DNA of 64,000 bases from Escherichia phage BF17: the sequence record MW822008.1; one strand, written 5' to 3'. This document shows positions 56,702-64,000 of this stretch, in pieces (the first letter of the stretch is position 1; every line of letters starts with the position of its first letter). The notes beneath the pieces are model-generated. The model did no database searches. It was not told the DNA's origin and saw only the letters and a program-made list of their open reading frames with translations. The position numbers were made by a program, and so were the translations under genes.

Positions 56702-58141
56702 ATGAAAAAATATACAATTGACACAAACGTACTACTATCTGACCCGAATGCATCTATTGCTTTTGATGGTGCTGCAATCATTCTACCATTTACAGTACTG
56801 GAAGAATTGGATTCAATTAAGAGTCGTAATGTAGATGTTTCACGCGATGCTCGTGTTGCTATTCGTAACATTGAAGCAATTATTGCAGATGCATCACATG
56901 ATGAGATTAGTAGTACTGGTGTTAATATTGCTGATGTTCATACCAATATGAATCCTGATAGCAAATTGTTTGTTATTACAAACGAAGAAGCTGAAGCACT
57001 AATTCGTACTAAAGGTTCAGAAGAGAAAGTTCAAACCCTTCTCAAAAGCACAGTACCTGATGATAAAATCATTCTGGTAGCTTTAGCAACAGAATCAGTA
57101 CTGGTAACTCGTGATATCAACATGCGTATCAAAGCACTAAGTTATGGTGTCGAGGTACAAGATTATCGCCATGATATTGTTATTGGTGATAGTGATTTGA
57201 TTCACATTGGTCAACACCATTTGGAAATTAATTTTTGGGAAGTATATAGCAACTTATCCAATACTAATATTCAATCCGAACAAGTTGGTCGTCGTTTGTA
57301 TCATTACATTTCTAAAAGCTTGATTGAACATTTGCTTCCACAAAATCTATGCATCGGTGATTATCTATATGATGATGCAGACGTATTATTTGTGTACGAA
57401 GGTCAATCAGCAATTGAGGAAGATGATGGAACACTAACACCAGAAGATATTTTGGTATTCCAAGATATTGGACAATCAGTAGCTTTACGTGCTAAAGTAT
57501 GGGATATTAAAGCAAAGAATATCCAACAAGCACTCGCCATCAACAGTATTCTCGATCCTGATGTACATCTAACAGTACTGCTAGGTTCTGCTGGTACTGG
57601 TAAAACACTAATTACGATTGCTACTGCATTAGAATTAGTACTGGAAAAACGTAAATACGACCGAATCATCTTCTCTAAAACTCAAGACTCACAGTTTGAA
57701 GATATTGGTTTCTTGCCAGGTTCAGAAGCAGAAAAAGTGATTCCATTCTGTGGAGCCGCAATTGACGCGTTAGAGTTTCTTCATAAAGATGATGCTAACC
57801 CACAAGGTAGTATTGAAGAGATTATGAAACGTAATGTTATTCAATTTAAAGCACTAAACTTTGTACGTGGACGTTCATTCACCAACACTATTCTAGTAGT
57901 TGATGAATTCCAAAACATTACACCTGCACAAGCCAAAACAATCTTGACACGAGCAGGATTAAACTGTAAAGTAGTAATTATGGGTAACTTGAGTCAGATT
58001 GACAGTAAGTTTATTAGTCCTGTTAACAGTGGTTTGACATATGTAACTGAGAAGTTTAAAGATTGGGCAGGTTGTCGTGTCATCGAACTTGAAGGTGTTG
58101 TTCGCTCACCACTAGCTGAATTTGCTGAAGAAAATATGTAA
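56702..58141 (+). CDS. phoH: PIN-domain PhoH-like ATPase (PhoH2 type)
   Basis: N-terminal PIN-like region (DTNVLL, LEELD); Walker A GSAGTGKT; Walker B VVDEFQN. Confidence 0.88.
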   Translation: MKKYTIDTNVLLSDPNASIAFDGAAIILPFTVLEELDSIKSRNVDVSRDARVAIRNIEAIIADASHDEISSTGVNIADVHTNMNPDSKLFVITNEEAEALIRTKGSEEKVQTLLKSTVPDDKIILVALATESVLVTRDINMRIKALSYGVEVQDYRHDIVIGDSDLIHIGQHHLEINFWEVYSNLSNTNIQSEQVGRRLYHYISKSLIEHLLPQNLCIGDYLYDDADVLFVYEGQSAIEEDDGTLTPEDILVFQDIGQSVALRAKVWDIKAKNIQQALAINSILDPDVHLTVLLGSAGTGKTLITIATALELVLEKRKYDRIIFSKTQDSQFEDIGFLPGSEAEKVIPFCGAAIDALEFLHKDDANPQGSIEEIMKRNVIQFKALNFVRGRSFTNTILVVDEFQNITPAQAKTILTRAGLNCKVVIMGNLSQIDSKFISPVNSGLTYVTEKFKDWAGCRVIELEGVVRSPLAEFAEENM

Positions 58142-58144
58142 TAT

Positions 58145-58178
58145 TGTATGGGACATTATGTCCCATACATGATATAAT
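58145..58178 (+). promoter_or_regulatory. 25-bp perfect palindrome abutting TGaTATAAT -10
   Basis: 11-bp stem tgtatgggaca / tgtcccataca with 3-nt loop (58145-58169), then TGATATAAT (-10 at 58173-58178). Confidence 0.45.
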
Positions 58179-58209
58179 GTTGTTATCATACTACAGAAGG
58201 AGATATAAA

Positions 58210-58398
58210 ATGGCTAAACAACCTAAGAAAAAAGAACCAGTAGCAAAAGTTAAGAAAGAGAAAGTTATTCAATCTAAAGAACAACGTATGTACGAACAAC
58301 GTAAGAGTGAAACCCTATCCGGTCTACAAGCTCTACGCAAACAAGGTGTACTAACTCGTGCACAGTACCGTGAACTAGTAGCTCAGAAAGGTTTTTGA
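58210..58398 (+). CDS. small basic protein
   Basis: Track ORF 58144..58398; ATG 58210 seven nt after AAGGAG; Lys-rich N-terminus. Confidence 0.5.
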   Translation: MAKQPKKKEPVAKVKKEKVIQSKEQRMYEQRKSETLSGLQALRKQGVLTRAQYRELVAQKGF

Positions 58399-58502
58399 TT
58401 CATTTGAAGACATATTGTGGAGTTCTTAATAAATACTTTTATAAGAATAATAATACTTTTTATTAAATTAAAAAGAACTCCATGTGTTATTTCAGTTTTT
58501 CG

Positions 58503-58529
58503 TCCCTGTCTTTTGGCAGGGATTTTTTA
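58503..58529 (+). terminator. intrinsic terminator
   Basis: ccctg...caggg hairpin followed by ATTTTTT. Confidence 0.5.
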
Positions 58530-58624
58530 TATCTATATCTTGACAAAAGGAACAAATCATGAGAACATGTATTAAAGGAAGAATGACTTTCCATTAGGTT
58601 ATTTTAACTTAAAGGAGATTTCAT

Positions 58625-59182
58625 ATGTTTTTTGACCAAACATTTACGTTGTATCACGATTCTGGTAAAGTTGAGATTATTGATAATCTGTTAGAGTACA
58701 TTGCGGAACATGACGGTATAGACCGTTTCCACAGTAAGATGAAATTCGATTTAGCTGAATTCAACAAAAAGAATCGTGAAACATTTTGGAAGAACCGTTT
58801 CTATTACGAAATGTATCCAGAAAAGTTCGTAGGTTATTATCTTTGTACTGAAAAAGGATTACTTGTATCTCCTGATTTACTTATGGGTGAATACATGATA
58901 CTCTATAATGAGTACTGGGAACATAAACGTAAAGCTCGTGATAAGGAATGGCGACATAAGCGTTCGTATATGTACAAACATAACCACTCCCGATACAAGC
59001 GTCCTAAGACTCAGCAAGAGCGTCGTATGGCTTGTGCAGTACTGAAGGATGAGGGGGAACCTGAAATACGTGGAAGACGTAAGATGCGTTCATTACCATC
59101 GTATTGGGACGATATCAGAACAAGACACAGTACTGGCTGGAAATACAGTACTAAACGTAAACATCAATACAAAGGGAGCTAA
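58625..59182 (+). CDS. basic protein, Lys/Arg-rich C-terminal half
   Basis: AAAGGAG RBS; 185 aa. Confidence 0.55.
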   Translation: MFFDQTFTLYHDSGKVEIIDNLLEYIAEHDGIDRFHSKMKFDLAEFNKKNRETFWKNRFYYEMYPEKFVGYYLCTEKGLLVSPDLLMGEYMILYNEYWEHKRKARDKEWRHKRSYMYKHNHSRYKRPKTQQERRMACAVLKDEGEPEIRGRRKMRSLPSYWDDIRTRHSTGWKYSTKRKHQYKGS

Positions 59183-59209
59183 TGCTCCCTAATTTTATAG
59201 GTGAACTTT

Positions 59210-59539
59210 ATGAACAAAATTGACGTTACTGTAGTGATTGGTTATATTGAAATTGAACCGTGTGGCATTGATACCTTTATTGACACTCTTAATAAGTATC
59301 GTGCTGAATATAACGGTCCCATTAGTCTTTCACCCGACGGTGGTTACGGCGGTTTTCATGGATACAATGTAATTTGGACCAGAGAAGAAACTGACGAAGA
59401 ATATAATACACGAATTGAAGCTGAATCTAAAAAATGTGAAGAAATTGAACGTCAAGAAATGAAACACTTAATGAACAAGAAATCATTAAGTACCGAAGAG
59501 AAATCTAAACTGCTAAAATATATCAAGGATTACATGTAA
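59210..59539 (+). CDS. hypothetical protein
   Basis: Track ORF 59201..59539; ATG 59210. Confidence 0.5.
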   Translation: MNKIDVTVVIGYIEIEPCGIDTFIDTLNKYRAEYNGPISLSPDGGYGGFHGYNVIWTREETDEEYNTRIEAESKKCEEIERQEMKHLMNKKSLSTEEKSKLLKYIKDYM

Positions 59540-60189
59540 TGAAAAATGTAACTCAAGAAAAGATTCTGTACCTTGCAAAGTACAATGGTGGTTTCAATAT
59601 CATTAGCCGTGAGTACAGTGGTAATTTGGCTAAGTTGATTGACAGTTTGTTAGAATTTGATTTCATTAAATGGGAAACTAATGAACTTTGGTACGAATAT
59701 GCTGGTCAGAAATGGGAAAGTGATTATGATAATGCAATACATTCATACACTATCACCAAAGCAGGTGAAGTTCGATTAGCCATTATGCGTTGTGCATATA
59801 CTTACAAAAATCATAAAGGTGAAGAAAAACATATTCGCAGAAATGAAGAGCTATTACTTCTCATGGAAGCAGCAAAAGTTACAATGCATGATTTGTTCCA
59901 CCACCCACGTTGGTATGAAAATCTAACAAAAGCAGAGTACAAAGCTTTACGTTACATTGATGAACAAAACAACACCCCAGTTGAAGTTGATGATGTTAGT
60001 GATGATGAACTAAGCCTCAAAAATGTATTTGAAAGTACCAGTACTGAAAGTATTACAGACATTTCTGTACAGATGGCCCTAAAAGCAATGGAACTTTTCA
60101 AGACACAATATGAAGGACACAGTGCTGAAGAAGTAGAGCGTGAGTTCATCACACGCGTACAGATTGCATTGTTCCAATCGAAAAAGTAG
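59539..60189 (+). CDS. hypothetical protein
   Basis: 216 aa; ATGA overlap. Confidence 0.55.
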   Translation: MKNVTQEKILYLAKYNGGFNIISREYSGNLAKLIDSLLEFDFIKWETNELWYEYAGQKWESDYDNAIHSYTITKAGEVRLAIMRCAYTYKNHKGEEKHIRRNEELLLLMEAAKVTMHDLFHHPRWYENLTKAEYKALRYIDEQNNTPVEVDDVSDDELSLKNVFESTSTESITDISVQMALKAMELFKTQYEGHSAEEVEREFITRVQIALFQSKK

Positions 60190-60287
60190 GATGATATGAA
60201 ATATGAACATCCGTGATGGGTTATCATATAAAGAAGCAGGTAAAGATGGTGTCAAAGGTGAAGCTGTAGATCTTTGCATTTGTGCAC

Positions 60288-60316
60288 TTGACATGTTCGC
60301 TTTGTAATGCGATAAT
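60288..60316 (+). promoter_or_regulatory. sigma70-like promoter
   Basis: TTGACA (60288-60293), 17 nt spacer, GATAAT (60311-60316). Confidence 0.45.
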
Positions 60317-60397
60317 ATGAGTTCAGAAGAGATGGAACGTGAGTTCCTTACTTACATGAATGTTAAACTAGCCAAATGGCGTAAATCAATTCAATAG
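60317..60397 (+). pseudogene. remnant duplicate of the 3' end of the 59539..60189 gene
   Basis: 26-codon frame SSEEMEREFLTYMNVKLAKWRKSIQ parallels upstream C-terminus SAEEVEREFITRVQIALFQSKK; starts at promoter -10 so unlikely translated. Confidence 0.35.
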
Positions 60398-60406
60398 GTA
60401 TTTTAA

Positions 60407-61378
60407 ATGAAAACTAAAATTATTTCTGAACAAAAAATTGGCAATACTACAGTACTGAATCTTGAAGTTCAAGGTCTTAGTAATGTTCGTTCTCTTACGG
60501 TTTGTACTCAGAGAGATGATTTGACTGATTTCTATAGCTCAGAATACATGTCAGAAGAACCTTGGGATATGGGATGGTTGGACGGTAGTAGTTATATCAG
60601 TTCACGTTATAGTTTTGGTTCTCATGAAAATATTGAACAATTAAAAAATGAGTATATTAAACTCAGTGATACTATTGAAATGAAAGAAGAAGATTGTGTA
60701 GAACTTTTCATTTTTGAATTCGATGCCGGAAATGGTAATTCATTACTAGTAAGTAATATTGAAGAACATTTAATGTATCATGAAATTGAAGATGTAGATT
60801 TTGAAAGTATTAAAAATGTTGTTCATATGGTTGGTGGTAGTATTACTGATGATTCAGATATCGGTCATAATATTTCACTGTGCTTAATTTCTCATCCAAA
60901 AACTCGTGGTTTTAAAGTTCCACAAGATGAAACTTACGTGTCTGAAACTGCTGATGAAGGAATTTATCCTTGGAATGATTATGTAGAATACTATGGTCAT
61001 TTCTGTTCTGATACAAAAGAACTGAAAAAAGGCGAACAATATTTTGATATGTTCCGTGCTGCACAGCGTTTAGTACTGAATAATACTGAACTATTTCCTG
61101 ATCGCGGCGAAGAAAATATGATTGATATTATCTTCAAGAACTATGATTATGTACAGAACATTCCTGATAATGTACATTTGGAATATGTTCACAGTTCTTC
61201 AAACAAATTCTATAATATTGAATTGAATGCTCCAGTGTGTGAAGTAATTATTGAGTACGGTGCTATTGGTAAAACCAGTACTACTGATGGTGAAGAATTC
61301 GAAACTATTGAAGAAGCACGTAAGTTCTTCGAGAAGAAAGTAATTTCCAAAATTAAAAGTGGTTATAGCCCAAAATGA
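60407..61378 (+). CDS. hypothetical protein (323 aa)
   Basis: Track ORF. Confidence 0.6.
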   Translation: MKTKIISEQKIGNTTVLNLEVQGLSNVRSLTVCTQRDDLTDFYSSEYMSEEPWDMGWLDGSSYISSRYSFGSHENIEQLKNEYIKLSDTIEMKEEDCVELFIFEFDAGNGNSLLVSNIEEHLMYHEIEDVDFESIKNVVHMVGGSITDDSDIGHNISLCLISHPKTRGFKVPQDETYVSETADEGIYPWNDYVEYYGHFCSDTKELKKGEQYFDMFRAAQRLVLNNTELFPDRGEENMIDIIFKNYDYVQNIPDNVHLEYVHSSSNKFYNIELNAPVCEVIIEYGAIGKTSTTDGEEFETIEEARKFFEKKVISKIKSGYSPK

Positions 61379-61755
61379 AAATCACACGCTTTGGTAAAAC
61401 CTTTGAACTAAACATTGTTTCTGTTTATAAAAAAGGAAAATCAGGAAAGTTAAGCACTGATAATATTAGATTTGTTATTAGTGATTATTATGATATGTTT
61501 AATCAGGCATTTGAAGAAAATAAATTTGGTTTGATTTTATGTAAACCACAAAAACCGGAATTAGGTATTTTGGATTTAAGAACTGATAAGTCTGATTTTA
61601 TTGGTAATCTTGATATTATTGAATTTAAAGTTGATATATCAAAAGAACATTTTAGAGTTAAAAACTATAATTATTACAAAGTTGATATTAATTCTATCGA
61701 AGTACAAAACGTACTTGATGAACTTATCAGTAATAATTCGTGTTTTACTAAATGA
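61375..61755 (+). CDS. hypothetical protein
   Basis: 126 aa; ATGA overlap. Confidence 0.55.
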   Translation: MKITRFGKTFELNIVSVYKKGKSGKLSTDNIRFVISDYYDMFNQAFEENKFGLILCKPQKPELGILDLRTDKSDFIGNLDIIEFKVDISKEHFRVKNYNYYKVDINSIEVQNVLDELISNNSCFTK

Positions 61756-61767
61756 GAAAAAAATATC

Positions 61768-62001
61768 ATGAAAAATATATTCATTACATTAACAATATTT
61801 GTATCCATTATTCTCTGTGGTTGTGCTCCTAAAGTTGATGAGATGGATGCTGAAATCATCCGTCAAGGTTTAACAAAACTAAATCACCAAGGAACACTAT
61901 ACGCATGTCATACTATGCGTCATGGGCAAGATCTTAATCTCATGTGCAGGAAGATTGTGAATCGCAAACGTCTTAATACTGTTCCGAAGGATGCACAATG
62001 A
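61768..62001 (+). CDS. small putative lipoprotein
   Basis: Signal peptide MKNIFITLTIFVSIILCGC with lipobox-like LCGC. Confidence 0.5.
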   Translation: MKNIFITLTIFVSIILCGCAPKVDEMDAEIIRQGLTKLNHQGTLYACHTMRHGQDLNLMCRKIVNRKRLNTVPKDAQ

Positions 62002-62168
62002 AAGAAGTAATTGACTACAAATGTAAAAATTGTGGCAAAGATAAGGGTAAGCATTCAGTACAAGGGATGGCTTGCCCGAATCCAGGTCGTGGTAATTTCA
62101 GCGGGTTCAGTACTGAAAAGTCTTACGAACCGGATCATACCAAACCTGTAATGGGTTATAAATTATGA
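61998..62168 (+). CDS. small Cys-containing protein (56 aa)
   Basis: Untracked ORF; ATGA overlaps at both ends; CKNCGK motif. Confidence 0.4.
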   Translation: MKEVIDYKCKNCGKDKGKHSVQGMACPNPGRGNFSGFSTEKSYEPDHTKPVMGYKL

Positions 62169-62524
62169 GTGATTATGTAGCATTTCTTCATCGCTTTGGA
62201 GAAGCTAAAGAAAAACATATTATCCGTATGCCATTATATGGTGAAAAAGACTGGTACAAAAGTACTATAAGTGTAGGTGCATTTCGTGACCGTGAAGCTG
62301 GATTCTTTCTGGGTAAGCAACATGAACGAGAGGTACTTTGCTCACTGTGGCGTTTGGATGAATGGGATAGTGAGAACGTAAGAACTGCTGAATCAATGCT
62401 GGCTATTGTTGGTATTGCGAACTATCAGCACCCATATGACCTATTACCTACATTTGAACATGCTTCTTTGTTTGATTTTTACAAAGCAGTAGGGTATGAT
62501 TATAAAAAGAAACGTTACATTTAA
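62165..62524 (+). CDS. hypothetical protein
   Basis: 119 aa track ORF. Confidence 0.5.
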   Translation: MSDYVAFLHRFGEAKEKHIIRMPLYGEKDWYKSTISVGAFRDREAGFFLGKQHEREVLCSLWRLDEWDSENVRTAESMLAIVGIANYQHPYDLLPTFEHASLFDFYKAVGYDYKKKRYI

Positions 62525-62526
62525 TA

Positions 62527-62557
62527 TCAGTACTACCACAGTGGGCAGTACTTTTTA
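62527..62557 (+). terminator. possible intrinsic terminator
   Basis: Two AGTACT hexamers around accacagtgggc, then CTTTTT; weak. Confidence 0.25.
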
Positions 62558-62570
62558 ATTGGAGATTACT

Positions 62571-63185
62571 ATGACTACATCTGAAAAGTACTGGTGGATT
62601 TTGGCTCATCCTAAATTCATAAACAAAGATATGGTTCCAGCTAGGATTGATATAGAACCTCATGATGTGTGTCCAATGACAAATCGAATTGAAGATTTCA
62701 AAGCATTGAATACAAAGACTCAATTTTGGGTAGAATTTCTTTCACCAATGTATATTGAGCAAGACGACGAATGGGTACAAGCACATGATTATCAATTGGA
62801 TTGTGGTGGTGATACGTATGAAGAGGCGATTGATAAATTATACAAAAATGTGCTAAACACATATGGTGATTACACCCAACAAGAAGCAGATAACACATTT
62901 AATAAGATCCATGCATTCAAATCTACTCCATCAATTTTTAATCCTACTAAAACTGTTTGGGAGGAACGACACAGTTGGAGTTCATGTGTAATCGATGAAG
63001 AAACCAAAGAAAAAATCATCGATGATATAAAAAATTTAAAAAATACGATAGAAGCCTTGCGTGAATTCATAATGTCTTGTACAATAGAACAACAGAAAGA
63101 GGCAAAGATACATTTGGAGAGTGAAGAATGTAAACTTTGGGTTCTAGAGAAATCTATTGAAAAGGGTATAGACTTAGACTTATGA
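62571..63185 (+). CDS. hypothetical protein
   Basis: Track ORF 62559..63185; ATG 62571 six nt after GGAG. Confidence 0.55.
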   Translation: MTTSEKYWWILAHPKFINKDMVPARIDIEPHDVCPMTNRIEDFKALNTKTQFWVEFLSPMYIEQDDEWVQAHDYQLDCGGDTYEEAIDKLYKNVLNTYGDYTQQEADNTFNKIHAFKSTPSIFNPTKTVWEERHSWSSCVIDEETKEKIIDDIKNLKNTIEALREFIMSCTIEQQKEAKIHLESEECKLWVLEKSIEKGIDLDL

Positions 63186-63550
63186 ATAGTAAATTGGAGA
63201 AACTAATCGAAGAATTACGCCAGATGCCACCTATTGAACAAGTAGGAAATTACAAACGGTATCGTGTTATTGCTCGTGCACTTGATAAAAAAGGTAGAGT
63301 ACTGGCAACTCGCACAAATTCTTATACACAGACTCACCCAGTACAGAAGGGTTTCGCCATTCGTGCTGGGCGACCGCAAGGTGAGTTTCTTCATGCTGAA
63401 ATTTCATGTTTACTGGCTGCTCGTGCTGATGTTCATACTTTACTGATTGCACGGATAAGTAAAGATGGAATTCCTGTTCCGGCTAAACCATGTGAAATTT
63501 GCTCATTAGCAATAAAAGAATATGGGGTGAAAGAGATTATCCACACATGA
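63182..63550 (+). CDS. cytidine/deoxycytidylate deaminase-fold protein (small)
   Basis: Zinc motifs HAE (FLHAEISCL) and PCxxC (PCEICS); 122 aa. Confidence 0.65.
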   Translation: MNSKLEKLIEELRQMPPIEQVGNYKRYRVIARALDKKGRVLATRTNSYTQTHPVQKGFAIRAGRPQGEFLHAEISCLLAARADVHTLLIARISKDGIPVPAKPCEICSLAIKEYGVKEIIHT

Positions 63551-63768
63551 AAATTGAAAGATATGCTAAGCATACTGTTGGGTGTGTAAATGATATATTC
63601 TATTATTATATTTTTGCACCTGAACTACGTTTTCAAATCACAACATACAATGATGGCAGATTTAAAGATACAAACTTCCTCATAACCGACTTAGCAAAGT
63701 ATGCGAATACAGAACATTTTAATCATTTAGTATTTGTGTACTGTATACCAAACCCAAATAAAAAGTAG
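63547..63768 (+). CDS. hypothetical protein
   Basis: Track ORF 63499..63768; ATG 63547 overlaps upstream stop. Confidence 0.45.
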   Translation: MKIERYAKHTVGCVNDIFYYYIFAPELRFQITTYNDGRFKDTNFLITDLAKYANTEHFNHLVFVYCIPNPNKK

Positions 63769-63778
63769 GAGATTAAAA

Positions 63779-64000
63779 ATGGCTAAAACAATTTCTTTAA
63801 AAAATGAAAATGTAGGACAACGCAAAGATGGTTTCTTTGGTTTTTCTTGGACAACATTATTCTTTGGACCGTTCCCTGCATTGTTTCGTGGTGACTTTAT
63901 TACGTTCATCGGTGCATTCGTAATTTACTTCATCCTCAACGCAGTGTCATTTTGGATTGTGGGTACAATTGCAATGGTTGTATGGGCATTTCTTTATAAT
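63779..64000 (+). CDS. membrane protein (3' partial, runs off window)
   Basis: Untracked open frame to window end; AGGAG RBS 7 nt upstream; hydrophobic FITFIGAFVIYFILNAVSFWIVGTIAMVVWAFL. Confidence 0.5.
   Translation, partial: MAKTISLKNENVGQRKDGFFGFSWTTLFFGPFPALFRGDFITFIGAFVIYFILNAVSFWIVGTIAMVVWAFLYN

Noticed and set aside
6952-63446. Plus-strand ORFs nested in another frame of a longer gene (6952..7167, 7281..7526, 7769..7960, 12979..13185, 17440..17628, 20243..20431, 25039..25254, 26095..26286, 35839..36072, 38816..39019, 39047..39301, 47029..47238, 47912..48130, 63264..63446)
   Set aside because: Embedded out of frame within genes that have recognisable homologs or family motifs; no independent start signals.
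1493-63909. All minus-strand ORFs in the track except 52349..52726 (e.g. 1493..1720, 6368..6820, 34107..34346, 45436..45717, 46886..47212, 57403..57669)
   Set aside because: Each lies wholly inside a better-supported plus-strand gene, lacks RBS and intergenic context, and has low-complexity or Cys/Phe-rich translations typical of antisense frames in AT-rich DNA.
1-64000. CRISPR arrays, rRNA, tRNA, integrase or transposase genes
   Set aside because: No regularly spaced direct repeats with unique spacers, no tRNA-like T-arm, no recombinase motifs seen.
1-64000. T4-type late promoters (TATAAATA)
   Set aside because: Intergenic regions show only near-misses (TATATAAAA at about 26360, TATAAATT); consistent with an early/middle region.

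Overview
AT-rich, almost entirely plus-strand, densely packed window that reads as the early/accessory region of a T4-like (Straboviridae-type) phage. Recognisable anchors from sequence: RNA ligase 1 (RnlA), polynucleotide kinase/phosphatase (PseT), DNA ligase (gp30-like), dCMP deaminase (Cd), ClpP, a PIN-PhoH ATPase, a Dam-family N6-adenine methyltransferase, an NMNAT-like adenylyltransferase, a CobB/Sir2-like sirtuin fused in an operon with a Nudix hydrolase, an HslV-like Ntn-hydrolase peptidase, a secreted ClpP-fold peptidase and two PPP/metallophosphoesterases. The dominant feature is an expansion of about 45 tandem co-directional paralogs (positions 1-27.6 kb, plus two at 35.1-36.4 kb) with hypervariable N-terminal parts and a shared C-proximal module [DE][DE]x[YFL]FQx[SA][TL][VIL][YHF][DN]; this family is unassigned by me and is the best candidate for an undescribed system. 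Two further small-protein families sit at 31.1-33.3 kb and 36.4-44.0 kb. Sigma70-like early promoters (TGnTATAAT extended -10, several embedded in inverted repeats) and intrinsic terminators punctuate the units. All homology calls are from by-eye motif and alignment recall; no database search was run, and start codons are often uncertain (the ORF track uses GTG/TTG starts).
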